A stretch of DNA of 64,000 bases, from positions 1,407 to 65,406 of the IMG/VR virus record IMGVR_UViG_3300013315_000010. The stretch is one strand, 5' to 3'. A program made the position numbers and the translations under genes. Positions 16,958 to 28,300 of the stretch are shown one piece after another. The notes under the pieces were generated by a model. That model was given only the letters and a program-made list of their open reading frames with translations. It did no database searches and was not told where the DNA came from. The number at the start of each line of letters is the position of its first letter. Position 1 is the stretch's first letter. Origin of the DNA: a virus. Its lineage: Duplodnaviria > Caudoviricetes.

Positions 16958-17683
16958 ATGGCAGTGACCACCTCGCAGATCATTGGGAATGTAACCACTA
17001 TTTTGCAAGATACAGGTGCAGTCAGGCGCTGGTCAGACAGTGAACTGCTCGGGTGGCTCAATCTTGGGCAGGTTCAAATTGTATCAGCAAAGCCGGATAG
17101 TATGGCCATAACCACAGAGATGCTGCTGGCTGCAGGTGTAACCAAGCAACAGCTCCCGGACGGTACTGCAAATTATCAGGATGCCATTGGCACTACTCTC
17201 AGGGCAGGGATAAAGTTAATTGACCTTGTTCGCAATCTTGGAAGTACAGGAATAAGTGCGGGTAAAGCGATCTCAATCATCGACCGGAAGCTTCTGGATC
17301 AGTTTAATCCTGACTGGCATAACATGACTCCATCAACTTCGATTGTACATTTTATGTATGATGAGAAGGTCCCTCGTGTTTTTTATGTGACTCCGGCACC
17401 TCATGCTACTACCGCTGTGTGGGTGGAGTTCACTTATATTGCAAAGCCAAACGTTCTTACTTCAGGGCAAAACATTGAGTTACCCGACGAGTATGCCCCC
17501 ATTCTTATGGATTATATCCTCTTCAGGGCTTACAGCAAAGAGAGTGCAAGCCAGGGGTTCATACAAAAAGCTCTCGCTTACTATGCATCTTTCAAAGATG
17601 CTTTAGGTAACTACACTCTTATTGAGCACGAGGTTGATCCTAACAATACCAGTTTCAGCGCGTCTCCTTCAATTCAGAGGTAA
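16958..17683 (+). CDS. head-tail adaptor/connector protein
   Basis: RRWSDSELLGWLN...ILMDYILFRAYSK pattern of podoviral adaptors. Confidence 0.7.
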   Translation: MAVTTSQIIGNVTTILQDTGAVRRWSDSELLGWLNLGQVQIVSAKPDSMAITTEMLLAAGVTKQQLPDGTANYQDAIGTTLRAGIKLIDLVRNLGSTGISAGKAISIIDRKLLDQFNPDWHNMTPSTSIVHFMYDEKVPRVFYVTPAPHATTAVWVEFTYIAKPNVLTSGQNIELPDEYAPILMDYILFRAYSKESASQGFIQKALAYYASFKDALGNYTLIEHEVDPNNTSFSASPSIQR

Positions 17684-17685
17684 CC

Positions 17686-18330
17686 GTGAATATCAGCGAA
17701 TTTACAAAACGGGTGATGCCCGATGTACAAGGCTGCCCCCAGGTCATGGCTGAACAAGCTGTCCTGGATACCCTCAGTGATTTTTGCGCCCAGACCTGGG
17801 TTCTTACCCGGGGACTGGGTGTCACCATTTCGACTGTTGATTCTACATTGAATGATCAAACGAACATTGATCTTGGTGACGCAGTTCCGTCAGGGTTTCG
17901 CCCGGTCGGGATTAAGCTCTTCTCCATCGATGGTGTAGAATGGCCCATTGATCGAATGTATGTTGTCAACCATGTGGATGTGATTGCATCCGAGCTGGCA
18001 AAGAAGTTCTATTATTTCGAGAACAATCAAAGCTTGGTTGTCTTTCCTGTCGCAGTTGGATCTGCCTATATTGAGGTAGCTATAGCTCCTAATCCGGATG
18101 CAACTACTATTGACGATCACATTTACAACTTTTGGATTGACCCGGTTGTGTGTGGTGCAAAGTCCAGACTTCTTCGAATGCCTGGCAAAACATGGACCAA
18201 CGGTGAGGGTGCTTTGATATTTGATCGGGTTTACTCAAGAGGGGTTGTCCAGGCTCGACGGCAAGCCAACAAATCGTTTACCAAAACATCTTTATCTGTA
18301 ACCCCTCGGAGTGATCAAGTATGGTTTTAA
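17686..18330 (+). CDS. tail adaptor/tubular protein
   Basis: VMPDVQGCP...LSDFCAQT...GAKSRLLRMPGKTWTN pattern; position in the tail operon. Confidence 0.65.
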   Translation: MNISEFTKRVMPDVQGCPQVMAEQAVLDTLSDFCAQTWVLTRGLGVTISTVDSTLNDQTNIDLGDAVPSGFRPVGIKLFSIDGVEWPIDRMYVVNHVDVIASELAKKFYYFENNQSLVVFPVAVGSAYIEVAIAPNPDATTIDDHIYNFWIDPVVCGAKSRLLRMPGKTWTNGEGALIFDRVYSRGVVQARRQANKSFTKTSLSVTPRSDQVWF

Positions 18331-20003
18331 CCATTTATCCTCGTGGGTCGCGCATCCCAAAACTCAACTCAAAATTTCTTGAACCGGACACACCCCAGAC
18401 TTCCGTCAACGTAAATACTGAGTCTGGTAACCTGAAGCCCCTTAAGGGATTACTGCAGGATGTTTCTCTGACCAAACCTGGAGATCTCCGCAGTGTCTTT
18501 AAGCTTGGTGCAAACTGGCTTACCTGGACCCAAACCGTTGACGTTGTTAAAGCTCAAATAGCTGGGAGTGATGACCGGTTTTTTTATACTGGGGATAGCG
18601 CACCCAAACAATCAAACCTTACCCTGGCCACCCAGGGAGGTAATCCTGCAACGTATCCCGCTGCTTCTCGTCCTCTCGGGGTCACAGCTCCGACTTCTGT
18701 CCCAACCATCACAATTTTGGGCACACCAGATACCGCTCTTGATCCTGCTGTTGTATCCTACGTTTACACTTATGTATCAGACTGGGGTGAAGAAAGTGGC
18801 CCATCTCCTGTGACAGTGGTCACTACGATTCCTGGTGGGCAGTATGTAAAGTTGACCAACTTTGTTAACCCGGGGATTTCTTATATCACTGGGCTTCGAG
18901 TTTACCGGGTTGAAACTGGCACATCAGGCAATGCTGAATACCAGTTGATCTATACCAGGCCAGTAAACTTATCAGCCTCCCCCCTGGCCACAGTTCTCAT
19001 GAGTTCAATTGTTTCCACCAGCACTGGTCTTTATGATGCCAATAGTGGGACATCTCCAACAGGACTGACAAGTCAAGTAGGTGAGGTTCTTCCATCTGAT
19101 GAATGGGCTCCACCCCCGACTGATATGGTGAACCTGATCCAGTTCCAGAATGGAATTCTTGCAGGGTCATCCGGCCAGTATGTGTGTTTCAGTGAGGTCA
19201 ATTATCCGTATGCTTGGCCCATCGCTTATCGAAAAGCGCTGGACTACAACGTTGTTGGGCTCGGAGTATTTGGCAACACACTGGTTGCCTTAACCGGGGC
19301 TTACCCTTATCTGATCCAGGGCACTGATCCTACCAGGACCACACTCAAGAAGCTTGAATACAAGCAAGGGTGTGTGTCCAAGCGAGGGATCGTTTCTACC
19401 CGGGATGGTGTAATTTACCCGTCTCCAGATGGTCTTTTTATGGTGGACGCATCGTCCGTTATCAACCTCACCCAGAACATTTTCACGGCAGACCAGTGGG
19501 CTGCCTTGGTACCCTCCAGCTTGATCGGGTTCTTCTTTAATGACGCTTACTACGGGTTCTTCCAGGGCTCGGGAGTGGGCATCATAATCAGCATTGAGAG
19601 CCAACCAAAGCTCCAGGATTTTAGCCTCGGGACCAACATTTACGGTGGGTTTGTGGACCCCGCCACCAACACCCTTTGTTTGCTCGGCTATAGTTCGGGT
19701 TATAAGATTTACAAGTGGGGTGATGGGAATTCCCTTACCTACACTTGGAAGTCTAAAAAATTTGAGATCCCGCAAACAAACATGGGGGTTGTCCAGATCA
19801 GGGGTCCGTTCGATGCTGGGAATATAACCTTCACCCTTTACGCTGATGGTGTTGCCCAAACATCTATTACAGTTACAGGCTCTTCCTTCTATTGGTTGCC
19901 TCAAGGGTTCACTTACACCAATCTTGAAGTTCACCTGTCCGGGCAATCCGAGGTTGATCAAATTGTTATCGCACACGATCCAGAGGAACTAACCAATGTC
20001 TAA
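18321..20003 (+). CDS. tail nozzle/stabilisation protein (beta-propeller)
   Basis: 560 aa; YVYTYVSDWGEESGPSP, CFSEVNYPYAWP, GCVSKRGIV, YTWKSKKF. Confidence 0.75.
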   Translation: MVLTIYPRGSRIPKLNSKFLEPDTPQTSVNVNTESGNLKPLKGLLQDVSLTKPGDLRSVFKLGANWLTWTQTVDVVKAQIAGSDDRFFYTGDSAPKQSNLTLATQGGNPATYPAASRPLGVTAPTSVPTITILGTPDTALDPAVVSYVYTYVSDWGEESGPSPVTVVTTIPGGQYVKLTNFVNPGISYITGLRVYRVETGTSGNAEYQLIYTRPVNLSASPLATVLMSSIVSTSTGLYDANSGTSPTGLTSQVGEVLPSDEWAPPPTDMVNLIQFQNGILAGSSGQYVCFSEVNYPYAWPIAYRKALDYNVVGLGVFGNTLVALTGAYPYLIQGTDPTRTTLKKLEYKQGCVSKRGIVSTRDGVIYPSPDGLFMVDASSVINLTQNIFTADQWAALVPSSLIGFFFNDAYYGFFQGSGVGIIISIESQPKLQDFSLGTNIYGGFVDPATNTLCLLGYSSGYKIYKWGDGNSLTYTWKSKKFEIPQTNMGVVQIRGPFDAGNITFTLYADGVAQTSITVTGSSFYWLPQGFTYTNLEVHLSGQSEVDQIVIAHDPEELTNV

Positions 20004-22020
20004 CACACCCCAGATGCCTTCCCTCCTTGATGTTCCCAAAGGGGTTACTCCAGAGATGCAAAACTTTTTGGAGTCGGTAAAGGAGCTGTCTGAAACACGA
20101 GAGGGTCTCCGTGGAGACGAGCTTGATCGCTTCGTTTCAATGCGGGATCTTCAAACACTCAATCTTAACCAGATGGGATTTGCAGATGACTTGATAACAC
20201 CCTTTCAAGATGAGTCTGTGATCGCTCCCCCGACGAACTTAACCATAGAGGTCGGGGCGTGGTCCAACACCCTTCGGTGGGTCAACCCAGAGGGGAACCA
20301 TCTGGCTGGGATTGAAATCTGGTACCACACCTCCAACGTGGTTACCTCTGCAACCCGGATTGGGATTACAGGTCCAAACACTACCACCTTCATTCATGAG
20401 ACTCCCATTGTTACATCGGATGCCTATTACTGGATTCGGGCAATCACTTATGCCGGGAATTATTCAACATGGTGCCCTGATGTTCTGCAAGGGGGATTTT
20501 TGGTTCCACGCAAGGATTCTCTTGGGGAACGCATTGACAAAGTCATTGATGCCCTGCTCGGGTCAGATCCTCCACTTTATGCCAGTGGCACTGTCTACCA
20601 AATTGATGAGCTGGTCAGGTGGACTGACACAGATACCAACATCAAACGCTATCGCCGCCGCAATTATAACATTGGGGTGTCCAATCATCCCCCCTCTGAA
20701 ACCCTTTACTGGGAGCGGGTAGGTATCCTGGCTCAAGGGGATGTGGATGGGCAACCCACAGTTGGCATCGATGGCAATCTGGTTGTGGACCAGACCATTT
20801 TAGCCCGTGCTATTCAAACGAGTACCCTGGCAGTCGGGGATGGGTCGAATGGTTCCATTGTAATTCAAGACGGTGTGGTTGAAGTCCGACACATGGGGTC
20901 GGGCAGTCTTGAGGGGATGTATCGAAATTCGATTGATTCTAACTTTGTCCAGGATTCTAACTTTGCACGAAGTGTTGCTGGTGAAGATCATTGGACCTTA
21001 TGGGGCAATGTTCTACCAATTTTTGGGCTGTATGGGGAAAACAACAACCCCGGGATAAAGTTAACCCAGTCAAACGGGTTGGCTCATTATTCAGCAGCAA
21101 ACAGTTTTAAGTACCCTGCTCAAAAAGGAGAAAAGATCTTTGTTCAGGGCAGAGCGTACCTTTCTTCTGATTATGCCAGTTCAAGTACGGCTGGAATTCA
21201 GATTCAGATTACCGAGCTGGATAAAGATGGTAACCCGGTTGCATACCCGGAAGTTGCCACTGGAGTTGCAACAAAGGGGAGCTGGTTTAACTTTGGTGGG
21301 TCTGTCACATTAACTCATGCCAGTACCCAATTTATTCGGCCAGTCATTTATATTTATCACAATAATACAACCGGGGCAGCTGGATACGCTTCTGTGGATT
21401 GGATCTATATCTCCCGTGCTGAGTATGCTCCAACAAATGATAGTGGGTTTCGCAACCCAATTGATATCACTAAAATTGATGGTGGTAAAATTTATACAGG
21501 AAGTATTGTTGGTGACTCACTCGCAGCAAACATTATTACTGCGACTCACGTTGGCACAAATGAGATTATTGCTAACACTGCCAATCTTAAAGATGCAGTT
21601 GTATCAACATTAAAGATCGGAACAAATGCTGTTACGGTTCCTGCCTCAGCGTTCACAGCAGCCCAAATATCTTTTGGTACCACTGAGGCTTGGATTCAAA
21701 GTGTTTCTCTCAATTCAGCTGCTTTTCCAGTTCAGGTGTTCTTCTCGGGGCATGTATATGCCATATCAAATTCTGACTACAACCCAACAAAATATATTAT
21801 TCTCAAGATCTATCGTGGATCGACTCTACTCTTATCTCGACAAGTTATTATTCCAGGACCACAGTATGAAGAAAGCCCTCATTTTCATATAACCCTCATG
21901 GCTTTTGATCAATCTCCTCCAACAGGAACAAACACATACGCTTTTCAAGCTGTCTCTGCCAGTGGAGGGACTTATTGGGTAGAGGATCGATCTATGTTTG
22001 CAATAGGGGTAAAACGATAA
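19996..22020 (+). CDS. tail fibre / host-specificity protein
   Basis: 674 aa; FN3-like region (YYWIRAI), DGNLVVDQTI and IDGGKIYTGSI motifs like J-type fibres, CBM-like insert. Confidence 0.75.
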   Translation: MSNTPQMPSLLDVPKGVTPEMQNFLESVKELSETREGLRGDELDRFVSMRDLQTLNLNQMGFADDLITPFQDESVIAPPTNLTIEVGAWSNTLRWVNPEGNHLAGIEIWYHTSNVVTSATRIGITGPNTTTFIHETPIVTSDAYYWIRAITYAGNYSTWCPDVLQGGFLVPRKDSLGERIDKVIDALLGSDPPLYASGTVYQIDELVRWTDTDTNIKRYRRRNYNIGVSNHPPSETLYWERVGILAQGDVDGQPTVGIDGNLVVDQTILARAIQTSTLAVGDGSNGSIVIQDGVVEVRHMGSGSLEGMYRNSIDSNFVQDSNFARSVAGEDHWTLWGNVLPIFGLYGENNNPGIKLTQSNGLAHYSAANSFKYPAQKGEKIFVQGRAYLSSDYASSSTAGIQIQITELDKDGNPVAYPEVATGVATKGSWFNFGGSVTLTHASTQFIRPVIYIYHNNTTGAAGYASVDWIYISRAEYAPTNDSGFRNPIDITKIDGGKIYTGSIVGDSLAANIITATHVGTNEIIANTANLKDAVVSTLKIGTNAVTVPASAFTAAQISFGTTEAWIQSVSLNSAAFPVQVFFSGHVYAISNSDYNPTKYIILKIYRGSTLLLSRQVIIPGPQYEESPHFHITLMAFDQSPPTGTNTYAFQAVSASGGTYWVEDRSMFAIGVKR

Positions 22021-22430
22021 TGAAAAATTATGCTGTCTTTAATAAGGCGGGGGTGATTTTACGAACAGGGAGTTGTCCAGATGATGTCATCAAAGCACAA
22101 GCATTGCCTGGAGAGTACGTTATAGAAGGCGAAGCGGATGATCGTACACATTATATAGATCAAAAGGGGGACTCAGCATCCATTATAGAAAAGCTTTCTT
22201 TCAAGGTTCCTCATACTGTTCGTGTACCAGCAGATGGGGGTACTGCGGTGTATTTTGCAAATCTTCCAATTCCCACAAAAGCAATTGTAACCCTTCCATG
22301 GAAGGGGCGGCAAGAATATATCCTTCATGACGGAATTTGTGAAATGACTTTTGATTACCCTGGGAGATACACTCTAATCTTGCAAGCACCACATTATAAG
22401 GATGCACAGGTGGCCATCGATGCGAATTAA
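22020..22430 (+). CDS. tail-fibre-associated protein
   Basis: MKNYAVFNKAGVILRTGSCPDD...; start coupled to the fibre stop. Confidence 0.65.
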   Translation: MKNYAVFNKAGVILRTGSCPDDVIKAQALPGEYVIEGEADDRTHYIDQKGDSASIIEKLSFKVPHTVRVPADGGTAVYFANLPIPTKAIVTLPWKGRQEYILHDGICEMTFDYPGRYTLILQAPHYKDAQVAIDAN

Positions 22431-22626
22431 CATTCAAGCACCAGAGGAGTCAAAGAAAAAAAGGGGTGCATTCACAGACCCTGTAATTGGTGTCCTCATC
22501 AATAATCCTGACAAGATTGACATGATAATCGACAACATCAGTAATTTGGCAGAGCTTAAAGTTTTTCTCAAGAGGTTCGTCAAGGTCACTGCGTTTCTGT
22601 TAAGGCGTGAGATAAAGGAGATATAG
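22420..22626 (+). CDS. hypothetical protein
   Basis: 68-aa ORF overlapping the previous stop. Confidence 0.6.
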   Translation: MRINIQAPEESKKKRGAFTDPVIGVLINNPDKIDMIIDNISNLAELKVFLKRFVKVTAFLLRREIKEI

Positions 22627-22629
22627 CAC

Positions 22630-23184
22630 TTGAATTTATTTTTACTTCCGTTCACATATATTGATGGGGTCCCCACTCTCACAGATTCTGAGATCAAAAG
22701 TGTGTGGTCCCAGGTGCTAAGGGATAATACAGCGGATAGGGTCTTTTATGATGGAAGCATAAACAATGCGAAAGAGTTTTTAGCATTTGTAAAATCCCCA
22801 AGCAATTTGTTTTATTTTGTTATGGAAGAAAACCATATGTGTGGCTTTGTGTGGCTTAATCATCTTGAGTGTGACACTGCACGGATTCACTTTTGTGGGT
22901 TCAAACGCAAGTGGGGCCATATTATCCAGATAGGTAAATGGGTTTTAAACCAGCTCATCCACATGCAAAATGAATTCGGCTTTTATCTTTTTGACACATT
23001 CGTGGGATACACTCCCGCAAACAACAGGCTGGCAGTTAAGTATAACCAAAATATCGGAATGGTAACCGTGGGAGTGATACCTGGTTTATTGCTGGATTAT
23101 CACAACGGGCGAGCAGTAGATGGGGTGGTCACATACTTTAACAGGCAAGAGGCGAGCAAAAGTGAAGATTTATACAAAGGTTAA
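22630..23184 (+). CDS. GNAT-family acetyltransferase
   Basis: GFVWLN...ARIHFCGF...TFVGYTPANNRLAVKYNQNIGMVTVGVIPG (GNAT motifs). TTG start. Confidence 0.75.
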   Translation: MNLFLLPFTYIDGVPTLTDSEIKSVWSQVLRDNTADRVFYDGSINNAKEFLAFVKSPSNLFYFVMEENHMCGFVWLNHLECDTARIHFCGFKRKWGHIIQIGKWVLNQLIHMQNEFGFYLFDTFVGYTPANNRLAVKYNQNIGMVTVGVIPGLLLDYHNGRAVDGVVTYFNRQEASKSEDLYKG

Positions 23185-23803
23185 ATTTGATATGAATTCG
23201 TTAGAGGTACTCGAAGAAGATTCCTTCGAGTGGAGTGGCCCCGTGGCTCTTTGTGGGGGTGGCGGGTCAACCACAACCATCAATAGCTACGATCCAACAT
23301 ATAATGCTGGGATGCTCCAAATTTCTAAAGAGCAGCAAGCGATGGCACAAGAGTACTTCAACTTTTGGAGGGATACCTATAAGGACTACGAAACCAAGCA
23401 AGTTGAATCCAATACCCGGATGATGCCTTACATGGAAGAGGCTGAAATTGCTGAGGCAAAACTCAACAAACAAAAGTTTGAGACTGGCCAGGATCTGATG
23501 GGCCGACAAGCCCAGGTTGCTCGGGCTGCTTATGATGAAGCTCTCAAGGGGGTTGATGGGAACAGAGCAGCATCCCAAGCCCAAGCTGATGTTGTCCAAA
23601 GTTTTGACACATCTAAAGAATCCCTTAACCGGGACATGGCTCGACTGGGTCTTTCAACAAGTGATCCTGGGTATGCCAGTGCAATGGTTGGGCTGGCCCG
23701 TGACAAGGCCAAGGCGACAGCAGGGGCAATGACAACTGCTCGGAACACAGCCAGCGATAAATCTTTTTCCCGGCTTTCAACTGCAGCCGGTCTTGGAATA
23801 TAG
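23162..23803 (+). CDS. internal virion (ejection) protein
   Basis: GTG start; N-terminal EEDSFEWSGPVALCGGGG motif, Q/A-rich helical body. Confidence 0.65.
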   Translation: MKIYTKVKFDMNSLEVLEEDSFEWSGPVALCGGGGSTTTINSYDPTYNAGMLQISKEQQAMAQEYFNFWRDTYKDYETKQVESNTRMMPYMEEAEIAEAKLNKQKFETGQDLMGRQAQVARAAYDEALKGVDGNRAASQAQADVVQSFDTSKESLNRDMARLGLSTSDPGYASAMVGLARDKAKATAGAMTTARNTASDKSFSRLSTAAGLGI

Positions 23804-23812
23804 GGGCATAAC

Positions 23813-24082
23813 ATGGGACGAGGATTATTTCCTGTTGAAAATCCATACGACAAAGCAACCAGGACAATGGCTCAAGCGTCTGGGTCAATGGCGCAGCAAC
23901 ATCCTGATCAAAAGTCTGAAACTGAAGTGGCTAAAACAGCGGGGGGCGCAATAATGTCTGGTGCTGGTACTGCTGCCGCAGGAGCTATGATTGGAACTGG
24001 AGTCTCCACAGGTGCTTCGGCTGGGCCAGTTGGAGCAATCGTTGGTGGCGTGGTTGGACTTTTAGCCTATTTTTTATCTTAA
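23813..24082 (+). CDS. glycine-zipper internal virion protein
   Basis: C-terminal GGAIMSGAGTAAAGAMIG...GPVGAIVGGVVGLL. Confidence 0.7.
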   Translation: MGRGLFPVENPYDKATRTMAQASGSMAQQHPDQKSETEVAKTAGGAIMSGAGTAAAGAMIGTGVSTGASAGPVGAIVGGVVGLLAYFLS

Positions 24083-24091
24083 GGAGATACC

Positions 24092-25387
24092 ATGCAAGGT
24101 ATTGGAGTACTCGATCCTCGGGCTGCAAATGTTTTGGCAATGGCAGGGTTAGCTCAAGGGCTCGGCAAGCAGTTTAAAGAGGATCGATTCGATCGGTCCT
24201 ATAATGACTATTACAAAGGGTTTCAGGCAGACCCTGACTACAAGCCTGATATCAACGCAGATGGTTATGACGCTAAAGCCTACAACAAAGCCTCAGTTGA
24301 CTTTGTCAAACATCAGCTTGACACAGAAGATCTTAAGGCAAAGCGTTTTGAAAATGTCAAAAAAGATATCGATGAAAAGCATAGTGCTCTTCTTGAGATC
24401 GGACGGAACGCTGAATCTATCGCCACCACAAATCCAGACGCGGCTGTAGCCAGGTATATGGATGGTTATACAAAACACCCAAATGGTATTGATGTAGCGC
24501 ATAATCCAGAAACTGGCAAGTGGGATTTCCAGGATCATGCCACGGGGGCAACTTGGTCTGAACAAGTCTCACTTGATACCGCCCGGCAGATGTTTCAATC
24601 CGTGATCAAAAAGGAAGATTACGCCCAGATGTACTTGACTGATCGAAGTAAAGTGATCAAGCATAACGAGAATGCCTTTCTTAATCCAACAGTTCTGGTG
24701 GCTTCTGATAATACTGAGCTTTATTTGAGCAAACCTATTGATCCAAATACGGGGGAGGTCAAATCAGTTTACCGAGACAAGTCCGGTCAAGTTATTAATA
24801 TGACTGAAGAGGATCTGATGAAGGGTGGTTATCGTCTCAAGGATAATGTCACTAAAGAGAAAAAAGAAGGTCTCGGACTTGAAAAGCTGGAACACGAGAC
24901 AGAAGAAGCAAAGGCAAAGGCAGCAAACGAGCAAGGGCTGTTTGCCCAGCAAGAAAAGATCCAGAAGTTGGAGAACCAAGGTCGGGCTGATGCGACTGGT
25001 GGCTCCATGGAGAAACAGATTGATACTGTTATGTCAGCGTACAATGTTGACAGAGCAACCGCTATGGATCTCATTCGCCAGGATAAGACATATGGTTCTC
25101 GGTTGACTGCTGCACAAAAGGCCATCGATGAGGCTGGATTGGCGTTTGATGATCCTGATGATGCTGTTGAGATCAAGAAAATCTTGGAAGACTGGAATGT
25201 GGATAAGATCCCGGGTAAGGAAGGTTATGGAAAACCCCCCACAAAGCAACCAGCGGCAAAGTCTGGTCCTCCAGCGGCAAACACTCCCAGTGCACTTTAC
25301 CTGCAGCTTCGTAAACAGGGAGTAGATGCCAAGGAAGCTGAAAAACAAGTGAAAAAAGCATTCCCTAATATGCCAAAAAAGAAATAA
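24092..25387 (+). CDS. internal virion (ejection) protein
   Basis: 431 aa, charged and helical; position between ejection genes. Confidence 0.6.
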   Translation: MQGIGVLDPRAANVLAMAGLAQGLGKQFKEDRFDRSYNDYYKGFQADPDYKPDINADGYDAKAYNKASVDFVKHQLDTEDLKAKRFENVKKDIDEKHSALLEIGRNAESIATTNPDAAVARYMDGYTKHPNGIDVAHNPETGKWDFQDHATGATWSEQVSLDTARQMFQSVIKKEDYAQMYLTDRSKVIKHNENAFLNPTVLVASDNTELYLSKPIDPNTGEVKSVYRDKSGQVINMTEEDLMKGGYRLKDNVTKEKKEGLGLEKLEHETEEAKAKAANEQGLFAQQEKIQKLENQGRADATGGSMEKQIDTVMSAYNVDRATAMDLIRQDKTYGSRLTAAQKAIDEAGLAFDDPDDAVEIKKILEDWNVDKIPGKEGYGKPPTKQPAAKSGPPAANTPSALYLQLRKQGVDAKEAEKQVKKAFPNMPKKK

Positions 25388-25397
25388 GGAACCATCA

Positions 25398-28300
25398 ATG
25401 GATTTTGATGCACTTGAAAAAGAATACCAAGCGTCCCTGAAGTCTGATGACGAAGCTGATACGGCTGACACAGTTGACTTTGATGCCTTGGAGCAAGAGT
25501 ACCAGGGTTCCCTGGAGGAAGACTCTGCCGATGAACCGAGAAAGTCCAAAAGAAAAAAGAAAAAGGGCGCTCTTGATAATGTCGGGCGAATTGTCAAGGA
25601 CACCGCAGTCACGGTGGCCAAAGGAACCAGTGATATTGTTGGTGCTGGTCTTGGGCTTAGTGAGTTAAGCCAAGGTTCCCGACTTCGCCAGGGGATCATG
25701 AAGGCTATTGGCAAACCTGCTGATACCCTTTCCCCGGGATGGGTGCTTGAAAAGACAACGGGCTACACTCCCAAAAAGGCTGACGAGGCACTGGAGGAAA
25801 TGTACAGTGACGAGCAGCAAGCTGCAAATCAGCAGGTCGAAGAGGCTCATGGTTTTGTTGGCAAGGCCAAGGAGATGATCGAAAATCCCAGCACAATTTA
25901 TCACGGTGCTGTCCGAAGCGTGCCCAGTTCACTGGCAGGTGGGGTTGTTGGTCGTGCTGTGGCTCCAGCTTTCAATGCCGTTGCTCCTCGCGTTCTGGCA
26001 AAGGTTGCACCAAAGCTGGCTTCAAAAGTAGATGACATTGCAGCCCCTGTTGCTGGTGCCTTTGGTGAAGGTCTTATTGGAACAGGGCAATCGATTCAAA
26101 GCATCAAGGATCAAACACCTGGTGGGGATATCTCAGACACCCAGCTTGCGCTTGGAGTTGCATCTGGTATTGGTACGGGGCTCTTTTCCGTTATCGGCAA
26201 CCGGATCTCACAAAAGGCCGGGCTTGCTGATATCGACACCATGTTAATTTCCAAGGGTGCCAAGGAAACCAAAAAGGGTGTTGCCCGACGAATGATTGAG
26301 GGTGGGTTCACTGAGTCTGTGCTTGAAGAGTTGCCGCAAGGTATCCAAGAACAGATCTTTATGAATGCTGCCACAGACAAACCACTGCTCCATGGTGTTC
26401 CGGAAGGGATGGCCCAGTCCATCTTGACCGCTCTTCCTATGGGTGCAAGTGTCAATGCACTGTCCAGAAAGAGCACACCAGATGAGCAAGGCCCTAAGTC
26501 GAGCACAACGCCGGTTGATCTTGACTCTGCTATTGGTCTTCATACCGAGCCAGACAAACAGGCATTTACCAGTGGCGCGTCGAGTGATGACATTGTCCAG
26601 GCTAAATCAGCCGAGCAGGAAAACGCCATTCTCAAAGCAGCTCGGGAAGCCGAAGCACAGCAGATTGTTGCAGAGCAGCAAGCAGCGCAAGCGGAAGCTG
26701 AGAACCAGGCTAAAGCGGAGCAGGTTCAAGCTCAACAGACACAGGACTACAAGGCTAAGTTAGCAACCAATCAGAACCTCCAGCAGATCTTCGATGCAAC
26801 CGAGGACCTGTCCGGAACCTTGTCCGTTACCTCTAATTTGCTACACACTCTTGAGCAGACCAAGACAGGTGGAAAGTTCACCAAGGTGACCCGCAAGGCT
26901 CACGAAGCCTTGACCATGTACCAACGGGCAGTTAGCGAAGGGTCTGATCCTTCCGGGACATCCAATGTCCAGGCTCTGCAAAAGATTCAATATGAACTGC
27001 AGGACTATGGGTTCAACACCAACGATCAGCTTGAAAAGCTGCTCATTGGCCGGTTGGATATGTTTTTGGGAGAGCAGATCGCTGAGGCTCAAAAAGCTTA
27101 CGAGATGGACGTGCCTAAAGGCACACGCAAGCCTGATATCCTTCCTTCCGAGACGGACAACAAGCCGGTTGGTCGTGGTTTGTTCCGGTACGGTGAGCCT
27201 GTGGTGGAACAGGGTGCCAAGGATGCCCAGCAAAATGTAATCAAGCTGGAGCCCAGTTCGTATCAAGATCCTCATGCTGAGTTTATGAATAGGCCGACAT
27301 CTTTCGGTCCGGATGAATCTCGTATCACCCAGAAGGAAAAGATTGATGCAGAACTCCAAGCCAAAGAGCAAACCATTGCACACCGCAAGGCAACCAGTCC
27401 CATTGGGCTGGCTGCTTTACACCAGCGAATCGCATCCGAGAATGAGGCCAAGCGGCAAAAAAAGGAATCAAATGATCGAGCCCTTTCCAATGTTCGTGCT
27501 GCGGAGGAGGGTACAAGATCCAGTGGAAGAAGCGCTGATACTATTCAACCCACCCTATTAAAGGACCAGGGTCGCACTCTATCTGGGTTTCCAAAATCAA
27601 TTACACAAGGAATGAAAAATCTCGATCCGACCAACAAGGCCCAGGTTGCTGAAACTGAACGGGTCATGCTGGAGCGGGTCAAAGGCAGCACGGAGTTAAA
27701 CCCTGTTGCCAAGGCTGCATTGACTGAAAGAACCAAAAAGTTTTTCACGGAACTTCGGTCGAGGCAGTCCAGTGGTGAGAACCGTCTAAAGCTTGGCAAG
27801 AACCCTGCAGCACCAACAGGCAAGGTCCGATACAGCATGTCTGCTGTGCCGAAGCAAGCAGGACCTGCCACCTCTGCAAAAGAGTTGAATCAACGCTGGG
27901 AAAAAGCGGGTGTTAGAAACGCAGTCCTGGATAAAGGGGACACCATGGAACTTTTGTCCGTGGAGGTTCCTCATCTGGCCCAACACCAAGGGGTGGGGAC
28001 AAGGTTTGTTCGTGAGCTTACCAATTTGGCGGATGCTACAGGCAAAACGGTTAAGCTGCTTGCTTCTCCTTTGGGAGTGGGTAAAGGTAAAAGTGCAACA
28101 TCTACGGAAGCCAAGCGTCTTCGCAAATTTTATGAGGGTCATGGGTTTGCTGTAACCAAAGCAGAAGAAGATGGCTCCGGCTACTGGATGGAAAGACCAG
28201 CTGTTCGTTACGCAAAAACTTCTGCCAAGAAGAAAGGCAAGTTCACCAAGCATTCCACCCAGATCATCTATGATGCGATCAACCAAGTACAAAGCATGTC

